From: Pleomorphochaeta sp.
GTDB taxonomy: Bacteria; Spirochaetota; Spirochaetia; Sphaerochaetales; Sphaerochaetaceae
Assembly (NCBI GenBank): GCA_050031695.1
Contig: JBNAIC010000029.1
Location: forward strand, 16,034-80,033
DNA: 64,000 nucleotides
Direction: 5' to 3'
Shown here: one piece after another, positions 19,514 through 29,208 of the stretch
Numbering within the stretch: position 1 is the first letter of the stretch
Layout: each line of letters opens with the position of its first letter
Program-made: the position numbers and the translations under genes
The notes under the pieces: model-generated
The model's input: the letters and a program-made list of their open reading frames with translations, nothing else
Told to the model about the DNA's origin: nothing
Databases searched by the model: none

Positions 19514-20137
19514 TTATTCTTTTTTTAACCATTTTACTCCTAAATAGCAAAAAGGTGTATCTATTAGTGCAAAAATAATTTTAAAAATCCAATATGGTAT
19601 TATTAATGAAATGATAAAAGAAACATTAAATTTAGGAGTAAGATGATAAAATGCTACGAACATAAAAATCGTTGTGTCAAAAAACTGACTTATCATAGTA
19701 GAAACATTGTTTCTTATCCAAAGATGTTTTTCTTTTGTTATTTTTTTTACAAATGAAAAAATAAAAATATCTATATTTTGAGAAATAGCAAAACTAATCA
19801 AAGAAGCGAATGTCATTCTTAGTGTTGATCCAAAAATCTGTTTATATTCTTCATTTAAATGATAACTTGAATGTGGTGGGATAGCAACACATAAAGCAAC
19901 CATAGCAAAAAGAAAAATTAACATTATTATTGATACTCTAACAAAGAAAAGAGCTCTATCTTTTCCTTTAACTTCTCCAATAATGTCAGTTACTAAATAC
20001 AAGGCAGGCATAAAGAATATACCAACAGAAAGTCTAATATCAAATAATGATATAATTTTAGTTCCTACCGTATTTACTAATACCATAGCAGTAATAAAAA
20101 GTGCAAATAAAAAAAGTTCTTTCTTTTCAATATCCAT
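19514..20137 (-). CDS. yhhQ: queuosine-precursor transporter, YhhQ/VUT (DUF165) family
   Basis: Six predicted TM helices and the family-typical SQFFDTTIFMFVAF block. The track start is a TTG. ATG 20137 is preceded by AGGAGAG. Confidence 0.78.
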   Translation of the reverse strand: MDIEKKELFLFALFITAMVLVNTVGTKIISLFDIRLSVGIFFMPALYLVTDIIGEVKGKDRALFFVRVSIIMLIFLFAMVALCVAIPPHSSYHLNEEYKQIFGSTLRMTFASLISFAISQNIDIFIFSFVKKITKEKHLWIRNNVSTMISQFFDTTIFMFVAFYHLTPKFNVSFIISLIIPYWIFKIIFALIDTPFCYLGVKWLKKE

Positions 20138-20409
20138 TGTTACTCTCCTAAAACATTTGTTCAAATTAATAACATGAATAAAGCATAAATAACAATAGAG
20201 TTATATCATTTTTTTTATTTAGAAGGGATAATATATTCTTTATTTATTTTTACAATTTAAAAATCTATTATTTCAGTAGAATTTATATTCTAATTTTATC
20301 TATTTTTAGATTATTCTAAATTTTTACTAAATTTTTTAATGATATATCTTAATATTTATATAGTATTTTTATTAAATTTAAAAAAAATCACAATTTAATA
20401 AAATAAGTG

Positions 20410-20437
20410 TTGCATTTTGTTGCAATTGTGATATTAT
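20410..20437 (+). promoter_or_regulatory. candidate promoter of arcC
   Basis: TTGCAT, 16-nt spacer, TATTAT, with a TGa extended -10. Confidence 0.4.
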
Positions 20438-20497
20438 ACAGACACAAAGATAAAAATTAGAAAAATGATAAAGCTAAAATACTTTAGTGGAGGAATT

Positions 20498-21442
20498 ATG
20501 GATAGTAAATTAATAGTTATTGCAATTGGAGGAAACTCTTTAATTGAAGATTCAAAACATGTAACAGTTGAATCTCAATATGAAGCAGCAAGAAAAACAG
20601 CAGAACATATTGCAAAATTAGTTCAAGATGGACATAGAGTAGTAATTGCACACGGTAATGGACCTCAAGTTGGATTCATTTTATTAAGAGCTGAACATTC
20701 AACAGATATTTTACATTCAGTTCCTTTAGATTCTTGTGTAGCTGACACTCAAGGTGCTATTGGTTACCAATTACAAATGGCTTTAGATAATGAATTTGCA
20801 AAAGTTGGTCTAACTAATAAAGTTGCTACTATTGTTACTCAAGTTGAAGTTGCAGATGATGATCCATCTTTCAATAACCCTTCTAAACCTATTGGTAGTT
20901 TTATGAGTGAAGAAGTTGCAAAAGAAAGAATGGAAAAAAACGGTTGGATTTGTAAAGAAGATTCAGGAAGAGGATGGAGACGTGTTGTTGCTTCACCAAA
21001 ACCACAATCAATTGTTGAAATTGATACTGTTAAAGTATTAGGTGACAATGGAATTACTGTTATTGCTGCAGGTGGTGGTGGTATCCCTGTTGTTAGAGGT
21101 GAAAATGGTAAGCTAAGTGGTAAAGAAGCTGTTATTGATAAAGATTTAGCTGCAGCTCTTATGGCAAAGCAATTAGGTGCTGATTTATTTGTAATTTCTA
21201 CAGCAGTAGAAAAAGTTTGTTTAAACTTCGGTAAACCTAATCAAAAAACATTAGATACTATTTCAACTGATGAAGCAAAACAATATGTAGATGAAGGTCA
21301 TTTTGCTCCAGGTTCAATGCTTCCGAAAGTTCAAGCTATTGTTGATTTTGTAGAAAGTACTGGAAATATGGGCTTAATTACAGATCCATCTAACCTTTAT
21401 GATGCTCTTCATGGAGATCAAGGTACTAAAATTGTAAAATAA
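20498..21442 (+). CDS. arcC: carbamate kinase
   Basis: IVIAIGGNSL, IAHGNGPQVG, IAAGGGGIPV and VIDKDLA blocks. ATG 20498 is preceded by GGAGGA. Confidence 0.9.
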   Translation: MDSKLIVIAIGGNSLIEDSKHVTVESQYEAARKTAEHIAKLVQDGHRVVIAHGNGPQVGFILLRAEHSTDILHSVPLDSCVADTQGAIGYQLQMALDNEFAKVGLTNKVATIVTQVEVADDDPSFNNPSKPIGSFMSEEVAKERMEKNGWICKEDSGRGWRRVVASPKPQSIVEIDTVKVLGDNGITVIAAGGGGIPVVRGENGKLSGKEAVIDKDLAAALMAKQLGADLFVISTAVEKVCLNFGKPNQKTLDTISTDEAKQYVDEGHFAPGSMLPKVQAIVDFVESTGNMGLITDPSNLYDALHGDQGTKIVK

Positions 21443-21496
21443 TTGATTTAATTTAAAATTAAATATATACCCCCCCCAATTTACCTATATTGAATT

Positions 21497-21525
21497 AGTT
21501 GCTCTATTTATAGAGCAACTTTTTT
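21497..21525 (+). terminator. rho-independent terminator of arcC
   Basis: AGTTGCTCTA-ttta-TAGAGCAACT followed by T5. Confidence 0.8.
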
Positions 21526-21530
21526 ATCCT

Positions 21531-21559
21531 AAAAAACCACTATAAATTTTATAGTGGTT
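21531..21559 (-). terminator. terminator of the glycoside hydrolase gene
   Basis: AACCACTATAAA-t-TTTATAGTGGTT perfect 12-bp arms. A T-run follows on the minus strand. Lies 22 nt past the stop. Confidence 0.6.
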
Positions 21560-21580
21560 ATTAAATATATTAAAATATTA

Positions 21581-23110
21581 TTAGAGTGTAATTGATTCTT
21601 TCTTTTTTGTAATATTAAAAGATGAAATTTTATTATCATAAGTAACTTCTAGAATAAAATTATCACTGCTTTCTACTTCTAATGTTAATTTATCGTTTAT
21701 GATACCTTTGCTCTTTAATGAAATAATATTATTCCCAAATGGTAAATTAGAAAGACTGAAACTTTCTTTTAATTTAATATTCCATTTTATCTTATTATTA
21801 GATTTGTCGCAAATAACTCCAAAAATTGATTCAAATAATACTGAAACAGGTATTAATCCAGTCCATCCTATAAAGTCTTTTCTTGCAAATAGTCCTGGAT
21901 CTGCTGTTGTTGGAGAATAGTATTCAAAAAATGTATTTGTTTTATTAAAAACTTGTTCTACTTGTTTTAGACATTTATTAGAAATATCGAAAGCTTCATT
22001 ATAATAACCATTTTTAATTAGACCACTTATAATAGTGTAGGTCATAGGCGCCCAAACTCCACCTTGCCAATAACAACCATCATCTTTAAATTCTTCATGA
22101 GATGGAGGAATTGATGGTACCATATATTTATTATAGAAAGCTCCACCTTTTTTTAATTTACTTACAACTTTATCTAATTGGGATTTGTTTAATATATCGG
22201 TATGTAAAATCCAAAATGCACCAATATGCATTGTGTCAATTTTATTTCCATTTTCGTCAATATCAAATAGAAATCCTTTTTCTTCATCCCACATATTGTT
22301 CAATATGTAATTCTTTAATGATTTCTTTTCATTATTTATATCTAATATTTCTTGCCATCTTTCAAGCTCGTAGCTGAAATCTACTAGTAAAGATACATTT
22401 ATGTATTGTTGAAGAGTTGCATCAACCCAACTTAAAAAACCATGAGAATAACTAATATGGTATTTTTTATCAACTCTAGGTATATTATCCATGCCTGAGC
22501 CCCAACCACTAGACCAATAAGAACCATCTTTCCATCTTCGGTTATTTTTTAACCATTGATGGTATGCAACTAGAGGGGTAAAAACATCATTTAATCTTTC
22601 TTTATTACCGAATAGTTTATAATAATCATTTTCTGCAAATGCTAATATATTTGGACCAGTACTTACAGGATCATATCTATGAAATTCATCTTTTCCACTG
22701 TCATCTATTTCTCTACAAATAAAACCATCAGGATGTTGTGAACTATAAAAGTTATTTAATGTATTTTGAAATGGGAATGCTCTATTTCCATATTTTGCAA
22801 ACATTGTAATAAAGCAAGAGTCCCACATAAAAATATTTTTATTATATGCAGTATCAATATATGCACTAGCAAAAGATGAGCCTTTTTTAGGATAATATAT
22901 ATGCTCAAAAGCTAATTGCCAAACTCTTTCATACATTTTAACAATATTTTCATGTTTGTCCCAAGTTATATTTGGTAATATCCCTTTATTTTCTTCATAA
23001 GTCAAAATATCATGATTATCATCATAATGTTTTGATTTAAAACAATTTTCACTTACAAAAATGTTACCAACGTAAGTTGGTTTGAATCCATCTTTTGTAA
23101 AGCTTGCCAT
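21581..23110 (-). CDS. (alpha/alpha)6-barrel glycoside hydrolase, GH63 / MGH1 / trehalase-like
   Basis: NIFMWDSCFITMF, GWGSGMDNIPR and CYWQGGVWAPMTY resemble the mannosylglycerate/glucosylglycerate hydrolase and GH63 family. No signal peptide. Starts 3 nt after the regulator stop. Confidence 0.65.
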   Translation of the reverse strand: MASFTKDGFKPTYVGNIFVSENCFKSKHYDDNHDILTYEENKGILPNITWDKHENIVKMYERVWQLAFEHIYYPKKGSSFASAYIDTAYNKNIFMWDSCFITMFAKYGNRAFPFQNTLNNFYSSQHPDGFICREIDDSGKDEFHRYDPVSTGPNILAFAENDYYKLFGNKERLNDVFTPLVAYHQWLKNNRRWKDGSYWSSGWGSGMDNIPRVDKKYHISYSHGFLSWVDATLQQYINVSLLVDFSYELERWQEILDINNEKKSLKNYILNNMWDEEKGFLFDIDENGNKIDTMHIGAFWILHTDILNKSQLDKVVSKLKKGGAFYNKYMVPSIPPSHEEFKDDGCYWQGGVWAPMTYTIISGLIKNGYYNEAFDISNKCLKQVEQVFNKTNTFFEYYSPTTADPGLFARKDFIGWTGLIPVSVLFESIFGVICDKSNNKIKWNIKLKESFSLSNLPFGNNIISLKSKGIINDKLTLEVESSDNFILEVTYDNKISSFNITKKKESITL

Positions 23111-23113
23111 AAT

Positions 23114-24187
23114 TTACCTCTCGTGTATTGTTGATTTAATTATTTTAGTAATAAAAACATCATCATTGTTTTTATTAATATTATCGATTAATAGCGAAAC
23201 AGACTCTCTACCCATTTTTGTTAAATGAGGGTCTACATAGCAAATTGAATTAGTATAAGGATCTACAGGTTTATTTAATTCATTGTGTAAGAATAATTTG
23301 ATATTTGATACATCAATATTTAATGACAACATTGCTTTTAAAAAAATGTTTAAGATCCTGTTGTTTAACGCATAAAAGGCATCTATCTTACCGAAAGCGA
23401 TTAATTGTTTTTTTAATTCCTCAAATTCTTTAGAATTGTGAGTTTCATCTATTGGGTAATTTGAATCATTAATAGTAATTATTTGTGAATAATTAAATTT
23501 TTTATCATTGATATTATAAGCATTAACTATTCCTTGAATTCTTTCTTGAATTGAATAACAATAAACGCCACTACCGATTAATACCTTTGTTAGGCCCTTA
23601 TTTAGCATAATATTTGTTATATTATAAGAGCATAATTTATGATCTGTTGTTACTATATTAGAATTAATTGAAGCTACGTTTTGATCAATTAATACATAAT
23701 TTATATTATTTTTTATAAAATATTCTAATATCTTCTTGTTGTTTTTTTCAAATTTATTTTCAATAGCAGGAATATAAATTACACCATCAATACTAGAAAA
23801 ATCTTGACTTTGTATAAATTCTTCTACTTTTATTGAGTTTCTATTTGAATTGCATATTATTGTTTTATATCCATTGATATGTAATTGATCTTCTATCCCC
23901 TTTAGTAAGTTAGAATCATAATGAGATGTAATATCTCCTAAAATAACTAAAATGTATTTATTAATGTTTTCAAATAATGATTTAATAAACATTCCTTTTT
24001 TATTTGGTTTGGAATATATGAATTCTTCTTTTTCTAATTCTTTTAAAACTCTAATGATAGTGATTCTACTAGCATTATACTTTTCTTGAAGTTGTAGTTG
24101 AGAAGGAAGCTTTTCATCAGATTTGAAAATATTATCATTAATGCATTTAATAATATCTTTTTTTATTGATAAGTATTTATATTCCAT
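23114..24187 (-). CDS. GntR-type winged-helix regulator fused to a LacI/PBP-type sugar-binding domain
   Basis: N-terminal LPSQLQLQEKYNASRITIIRVLKELEKEEFIY (GntR HTH). The remaining 280 aa have a periplasmic-binding-protein fold pattern. Confidence 0.8.
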   Translation of the reverse strand: MEYKYLSIKKDIIKCINDNIFKSDEKLPSQLQLQEKYNASRITIIRVLKELEKEEFIYSKPNKKGMFIKSLFENINKYILVILGDITSHYDSNLLKGIEDQLHINGYKTIICNSNRNSIKVEEFIQSQDFSSIDGVIYIPAIENKFEKNNKKILEYFIKNNINYVLIDQNVASINSNIVTTDHKLCSYNITNIMLNKGLTKVLIGSGVYCYSIQERIQGIVNAYNINDKKFNYSQIITINDSNYPIDETHNSKEFEELKKQLIAFGKIDAFYALNNRILNIFLKAMLSLNIDVSNIKLFLHNELNKPVDPYTNSICYVDPHLTKMGRESVSLLIDNINKNNDDVFITKIIKSTIHER

Positions 24188-24210
24188 TTTTAAATCCTTA
24201 ATTAAATTTA

Positions 24211-24222
24211 TTGTTATATCAA
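24211..24222. promoter_or_regulatory. operator-like palindrome TTGTTATATCAA (site A)
   Basis: 11/12 match to TTGATATATCAA. Lies 24 nt upstream of the regulator start codon. Confidence 0.45.
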
Positions 24223-24311
24223 TTATTTATATATCATATATGTTAATAAGTCAAATATTATTACTAATTTTTATTAGGATTAAAAATAATTAAAAAAAAT
24301 AATAAATTTTC

Positions 24312-24339
24312 TTGACATTTTACATTTTTGAAATAATAT
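24312..24339 (+). promoter_or_regulatory. candidate promoter of the ABC operon
   Basis: TTGACA, 16-nt spacer, TAATAT. Confidence 0.5.
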
Positions 24340-24381
24340 ATAGTCACATTAATAAATATTAGATATATATAAAAAATATTA

Positions 24382-24393
24382 TTGATATATCAT
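24382..24393. promoter_or_regulatory. operator-like palindrome TTGATATATCAT (site B)
   Basis: 11/12 match to TTGATATATCAA. Lies between the candidate promoter and the SD of the first permease gene. Confidence 0.45.
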
Positions 24394-24415
24394 TGATAAA
24401 CAAAAGGAGACCATA

Positions 24416-25291
24416 TTGCTTAAAACAAAACATAATCAAACCTTAATTTGGTATTCTTTCTTGCTTCCGACCATATTAGCGTTAGCATTTTTTATGGCGT
24501 ACCCGATATTAGAAGCATTGAGACTTAGTTTTTTTAAATCCAATGGAACAATAGAAAATTTTGTAGGTTTAAGAAATTACAAAATAATTCTTACTAATAA
24601 AACTTTTTGGAACGCTGTATATACAACAATCTATTTAAGTTTTTTTAAATTATTAATTTCTATACCACTTGGATTTGTTATTGCTTACTGTATAAATGAA
24701 TTATCTTCATTTTTTCAAACCTTATTTAAAATAGTATATTTTATTCCATATGTAACATCAGTTGTTGCTGCTGGTATGATATTTATATTTGTTTTACATC
24801 CTGAAGAAGGATTATTAAATTCATTTATAGGAATATTTGGATTTGAACCGATTCAATATTTAGCTCATGCTAGATCTGCTAGATGGGGAACTATTTTATT
24901 GATGGTTTGGCACTGGCTTGGTTTTGTAATAATTATATTTATTGCTAATTTACAAACTATTTCTAAAGATATATATGAAGCAGCATTAATAGATGGTGCA
25001 AAAAAAATTCATACATTCTTTTATATAACAGTCCCTTTAATGAGAAATTCTTTTATTTTCCTTCTAATCCTTGGAACTATTGAAGGTTTAAAAACATTTA
25101 CAGAACCTTACATTTTAGGAAGAGGGAATGGGTCTCCAGGTGGAGCATTAACAACAATGACAGCGTATATTTATAATCGTGGATTTATGGGAAATGAATT
25201 TGGAGTTGCATCAGCTGCAGCTTATGTTCAATTTGCTTTAATATTTATTATCACATTTATAAATATTAAGTCATCGAAAATGAAATTATAG
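24416..25291 (+). CDS. CUT1-family ABC transporter permease (UgpA/MalF-like)
   Basis: Six TM helices and an EAA loop (EAALIDGAKKIHTFFYITVPLM). TTG start 5 nt after SD AAGGAGA. Confidence 0.88.
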   Translation: MLKTKHNQTLIWYSFLLPTILALAFFMAYPILEALRLSFFKSNGTIENFVGLRNYKIILTNKTFWNAVYTTIYLSFFKLLISIPLGFVIAYCINELSSFFQTLFKIVYFIPYVTSVVAAGMIFIFVLHPEEGLLNSFIGIFGFEPIQYLAHARSARWGTILLMVWHWLGFVIIIFIANLQTISKDIYEAALIDGAKKIHTFFYITVPLMRNSFIFLLILGTIEGLKTFTEPYILGRGNGSPGGALTTMTAYIYNRGFMGNEFGVASAAAYVQFALIFIITFINIKSSKMKL

Positions 25292-25303
25292 TAGGGGATT
25301 TAA

Positions 25304-26143
25304 ATGAGTAAAAAAAATAATTTAAGCTTTAATATATTTGCAATTACTTTATTAATTGCCTTTTCAATACTATTAATTGCACCATTTATTTGGATGATAA
25401 GTGTTTCATTAGAAAGATATGCAAATTTACAGCCACCATTTCCACCAAGTTTGATTCCACAAGAACCATCCATGTTTAATTATAAGTTAGTAATTGAAAA
25501 TGGAACTTTATTTAAAGCCTATGCTAATTCGTTTATAATTGCATTTTTTACTGTTTTAACAACATTATTTACTGCTTTATTAGGTGGTTATGCATTTTCA
25601 AAGGGAACATTTAAAGGTAAAAAAATATTATTCTTTTTAGTTTTAGGGACTATGATGATACCTTTAGAAAGTCGATTAATACCAATGTATATGATGTTTA
25701 GTGCTTGGAATATGTCAAACACATTCTTTCCACTAGTTTTAACTATGCCACAATTAGGATTTGCTGTTTTATTATCAAAACAATATTTTGATAATTTACC
25801 AAATACTATTAGAGAAGCTGCATGGATTGATGGAGCTACAGAGTATAAAATATTTAATAAAATATTTTTACCATTAAGTGGTCCAATGATTGCTACCTTA
25901 ATTATTTTGATATTTATGGGATCTTGGAATGATTTCTTATGGCCATTAATTGTATTAACTAGCCAGAAGTTACAAACAATACCTATATATTTATCAAAAT
26001 TCTCACTAGAAGATGGAACTGCATATGCTGGACTTTCAATGGCATTGTCTGCTTCAAGTATTGTTCCAGTTATTATCGTATTCTTAATTTTCCAAAGATA
26101 TATTATAGAAAGTGTCGCTATGAGTGGCATTAAAGGCGAATAG
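25304..26143 (+). CDS. CUT1-family ABC transporter permease (UgpE/MalG-like)
   Basis: EAA loop EAAWIDGATEYKIFNKIFLPL. Six TM helices. Confidence 0.9.
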   Translation: MSKKNNLSFNIFAITLLIAFSILLIAPFIWMISVSLERYANLQPPFPPSLIPQEPSMFNYKLVIENGTLFKAYANSFIIAFFTVLTTLFTALLGGYAFSKGTFKGKKILFFLVLGTMMIPLESRLIPMYMMFSAWNMSNTFFPLVLTMPQLGFAVLLSKQYFDNLPNTIREAAWIDGATEYKIFNKIFLPLSGPMIATLIILIFMGSWNDFLWPLIVLTSQKLQTIPIYLSKFSLEDGTAYAGLSMALSASSIVPVIIVFLIFQRYIIESVAMSGIKGE

Positions 26144-26152
26144 GAGGTTCGT

Positions 26153-27493
26153 ATGAAAAAGAAGTTTTTAACTCTTTCAATGATATTATTAGTATTAATA
26201 TCTAATTCAATTTTCTCTTCAGGTAGTTCTGAAGAAAGTCAAACAGCAAAGGTTGAAAAAACACCTTTACGTATTCAATTAATCGGTTCTTTTAAAGAAG
26301 AAGACACAACAGATCCAATTAGTGGTAAAAAAATAGTTGGTGTTCATTACCTAGAAGAAGAATTTGAGAAACTTCATCCTGAAGTTGATGTTGAGTTTGT
26401 AATTATGGGTTGGGATAGTTATACACAAAAAACTATTGCTATGCTACAGAATAACGATTCTGACGTATATCAAGTTCCTGGTATCGCATCAATTGCAGCA
26501 ATGGGTTTATTAGAACCATTGACTCCATACATTGAAAAAGATAATTTTGATTTAAATAAATATATTGGTAACCAAGTAAAAGGTTGGGAAGCAATTGGAC
26601 CTAATGATGATGATTTAAGTATATATGGTTTACCTTTTATTGGTGATACAAGATATATTTCTTATGATAAAAAATTATTTGATGACTGGGGTGTAGAATA
26701 CTTATCACAATATCCAACTTTAGAAGAAATTGAAACAAAAGCAGCTATGATGACTGGTATTAACCCAAAAACTGGTGAACAAAACTATGGTCTTAGATAT
26801 TTCGGTGGTAGTTATTTAGCTGATACAGCTATGAATATTAGTGAAGGTTTAGGTAATACATGGGGTTCTGGTTTTTCTTGGGATGATATGAGTGTAAACT
26901 TTAATACTGACGAAATGGTTGCTGCTGTTGATTGGATGAGAGAAAATCTAAAATATTGCCCACCTGGAAATGTTTCAAGACAAGGTGATGAAAAACTTTA
27001 TACTCCTGACAATAATATTGCAATTAACTTAAGAGATGATCCAAAAAGTTTATCAAAAATTGAAGCTTTAAATTGGGATGATAGAATTGGTATTTCACAT
27101 CTTTTTGTTAATCCTGAATATAATATGGGTAATATGTTTGCAGGTTCTCCTTGTGCTATTGGTAGCTCATCTGAAGTTAAAGATATTGCTTGGGAATGGA
27201 TTAAATTCTCATCAAGTGAAACTTTCCAAAGATATTTCTGGGAAGAATATAGATCACTTCCAACAATTAATAGCGCTTTAGATTGGGATTCTATCAATGT
27301 AATTCCTCAAATTTCTGAAGTATTAAAAACTATGGAAAATTTATGGGTACCACGTTATCCATATAGAGCAAGTGAACCAAGATCAATTTTCGCTATTCAA
27401 GTTGAAAAAGCATTATTAGGTGAACAAACTCCAATGGAAGCAATGGATCAAGCTCAAAACGATACAGACGCTTGGATTCAACAACAAAGATAA
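26153..27493 (+). CDS. extracellular/periplasmic solute-binding protein, family 1 (sugar or glycerophosphodiester type)
   Basis: Signal peptide without a lipobox Cys (LISNSIFS-SGSS). 446 aa. Operon position and SD AGGAGG. Confidence 0.85.
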   Translation: MKKKFLTLSMILLVLISNSIFSSGSSEESQTAKVEKTPLRIQLIGSFKEEDTTDPISGKKIVGVHYLEEEFEKLHPEVDVEFVIMGWDSYTQKTIAMLQNNDSDVYQVPGIASIAAMGLLEPLTPYIEKDNFDLNKYIGNQVKGWEAIGPNDDDLSIYGLPFIGDTRYISYDKKLFDDWGVEYLSQYPTLEEIETKAAMMTGINPKTGEQNYGLRYFGGSYLADTAMNISEGLGNTWGSGFSWDDMSVNFNTDEMVAAVDWMRENLKYCPPGNVSRQGDEKLYTPDNNIAINLRDDPKSLSKIEALNWDDRIGISHLFVNPEYNMGNMFAGSPCAIGSSSEVKDIAWEWIKFSSSETFQRYFWEEYRSLPTINSALDWDSINVIPQISEVLKTMENLWVPRYPYRASEPRSIFAIQVEKALLGEQTPMEAMDQAQNDTDAWIQQQR

Positions 27494-27503
27494 TTAATTC
27501 AAT

Positions 27504-27535
27504 ATCTACCTATTTATTTAATTAAATAGGTAGAT
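27504..27535 (+). promoter_or_regulatory. intercistronic hairpin after the binding-protein gene
   Basis: Perfect 13-bp arms: ATCTACCTATTTA and TAAATAGGTAGAT with a 6-nt loop. No T-run follows, so it is more likely an mRNA-stabilising or attenuating hairpin than a full terminator. Confidence 0.5.
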
Positions 27536-27555
27536 GTCTTGATAGGGAAATATTA

Positions 27556-28266
27556 ATGCACTTATATATTATTAGACATGCAGATCCAAGCTATAATCCA
27601 GATGGATTAACTGAAAATGGATATAAAGAAAGTAAAGTTTTAGCTAACAGATTAAAAGATTATGGCGTAAATAAAATATATAGCTCAAATATGGTTAGAG
27701 CAAAATTAACAGCAGAACCTACATCAAAGCTATTAAATATTGATGTAAATATTCATAAATGGCTAATGGAACCTGAAGAATTAAAGATAGTTCAATCTAA
27801 TCAAGAATATTGTATTTGGGATACATATGGTGAAACAATTAGACAATATGATCAGATGCCAACAAAAAATGATTGGTATACAAAGCATCCATTCGATAAT
27901 CCGAGAGTAAAAGAAAGCTGGGAAAAATTTGTTGTAAATTGTGATGAGTTTTTATTATCTCTAGGTTATAAAAGAGTGAATGGTAGATTTGAAGTTATCA
28001 AAGAAAATAATGATAGAATTGCTATTTTCACTCATAATGGAACTTGTTTATATTTCTTATCGTATTTGTTAGAAATACCTTTACCATTAGTTTTCAGTGG
28101 TTTTTATTGTTGGCCATCTTCACTTACTGATATTTATTTTGACCAAAGATCTTCTAAATGGGCAATCCCTAGAGCTTTATGTGTTGCAGATACATCGCAT
28201 TTAGCTAGTGAAAAATTAAAGCCACAAGCAAGAGGTATGGGAGATTATTGTCCTGAGTATTATTAA
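27556..28266 (+). CDS. histidine phosphatase superfamily protein (PGM-like branch)
   Basis: LYIIRHADP (RH motif with catalytic His), SSNMVRAKLTAEP and a second His in IFTHNGT. Confidence 0.8.
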   Translation: MHLYIIRHADPSYNPDGLTENGYKESKVLANRLKDYGVNKIYSSNMVRAKLTAEPTSKLLNIDVNIHKWLMEPEELKIVQSNQEYCIWDTYGETIRQYDQMPTKNDWYTKHPFDNPRVKESWEKFVVNCDEFLLSLGYKRVNGRFEVIKENNDRIAIFTHNGTCLYFLSYLLEIPLPLVFSGFYCWPSSLTDIYFDQRSSKWAIPRALCVADTSHLASEKLKPQARGMGDYCPEYY

Positions 28267-28285
28267 TATTTTTGTATTGTGAATA

Positions 28286-28320
28286 AAAAGTTAAAGTTGT
28301 AATAACTTTAACTTTTTTTT
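28286..28320 (+). terminator. rho-independent terminator of the ABC/phosphatase operon
   Basis: AAAAGTTAAAGTT-gtaat-AACTTTAACTTTT followed by a T-run. Confidence 0.8.
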
Positions 28321-28498
28321 ATACTCTTCTAAAGCTAAAAAGAAATAGTGAGGTGAAATTAAATTAAGTTATAAAGAAATTATCCAAAAAGGTTGGATGC
28401 TTTTTTAATGAGATATTGATGTGATATAATACTAATAAGTATATAAAGATTATTGGTGAAATATTAATTATATACTTACATATATAGATTAGTTTTAA

Positions 28499-29155
28499 TT
28501 AATAAAATAGATTTGGATAATTTGTTGTAATATTAAATACTTCATTTCTTTTACATATCTCAAAATCTTTCAAATTATCTACTGTCCACGTAAAAATTGG
28601 AAAATTCAATTCTCTTAGTTTAAAAAATAAAGGTGAATCTAATAATAGATAATTTATATTAATTCCAAAAAGAATAATTTTTTTATATTCATTTACATAA
28701 TATTCAATATTGTCATAGTATTCTTCTTCAAAATTGATAATTATTCTAATGTTCTTATTAATTTTATTAATAAGTTTAGCACCTTCAAGATGAGTACCTG
28801 ATATAACACAATTATTAACAAAATCATTTTCTTCAATACAAGATATGATTTTTTCTATATATTTGTCATCTTTTATATCTATATTTAACTTAGTATTATA
28901 TTTTTTAGCAAAACTAATTGCTTGATCAAGTGTAATTAACTGTTCATCATAAATTTTTGCATCATTAAAATTAAGTGAATCTAGTTCAATGTTATTTATA
29001 AGATTATCGTGGGCCAAAAAACAAATGTTATCTAAGCTAACTCTAACATCAACTTCTATATATGAATGTTTAAAATTAATTGCACATAATAAGTATTCAA
29101 TAGAGTTAGCTTTAGTATTATTTGCACCGCTGTGAATTGTTAATTTGTTAATCAT
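28499..29155 (-). CDS. glycerophosphodiester phosphodiesterase (GDPD) family protein, cytosolic, divergent N-terminal motif
   Basis: IHSGAN...IEVDVRVSLDNICFLAHD aligns with UgpQ-type HRG...IEFD...LLHD. No signal peptide. SD GAGGA upstream. Confidence 0.7.
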   Translation of the reverse strand: MINKLTIHSGANNTKANSIEYLLCAINFKHSYIEVDVRVSLDNICFLAHDNLINNIELDSLNFNDAKIYDEQLITLDQAISFAKKYNTKLNIDIKDDKYIEKIISCIEENDFVNNCVISGTHLEGAKLINKINKNIRIIINFEEEYYDNIEYYVNEYKKIILFGININYLLLDSPLFFKLRELNFPIFTWTVDNLKDFEICKRNEVFNITTNYPNLFY

Positions 29156-29208
29156 TTGTATCCTCAGATTTATTATAAAAGATAAAAAGCAAATTTTAAA
29201 TAAAATCT

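Noticed and set aside
21471-21478. C8 homopolymer in otherwise A+T-rich DNA, a possible slipped-strand phase-variation tract.
   Set aside because: It lies 29 nt downstream of the arcC stop and upstream of its terminator. It is not in a coding region or promoter spacer, so length changes would have no obvious read-out.
28382-28437. Orphan hairpin ATCCAA-aaagg-TTGGAT followed by GC-T6, then TGaTATAAT on the plus strand, in the gap downstream of the GDPD gene.
   Set aside because: The stem is 6 bp and A/T-rich. No ORF or recognisable RNA lies upstream. The -10-like sequence would only drive antisense transcription into the GDPD gene. Such matches arise by chance at this base composition.
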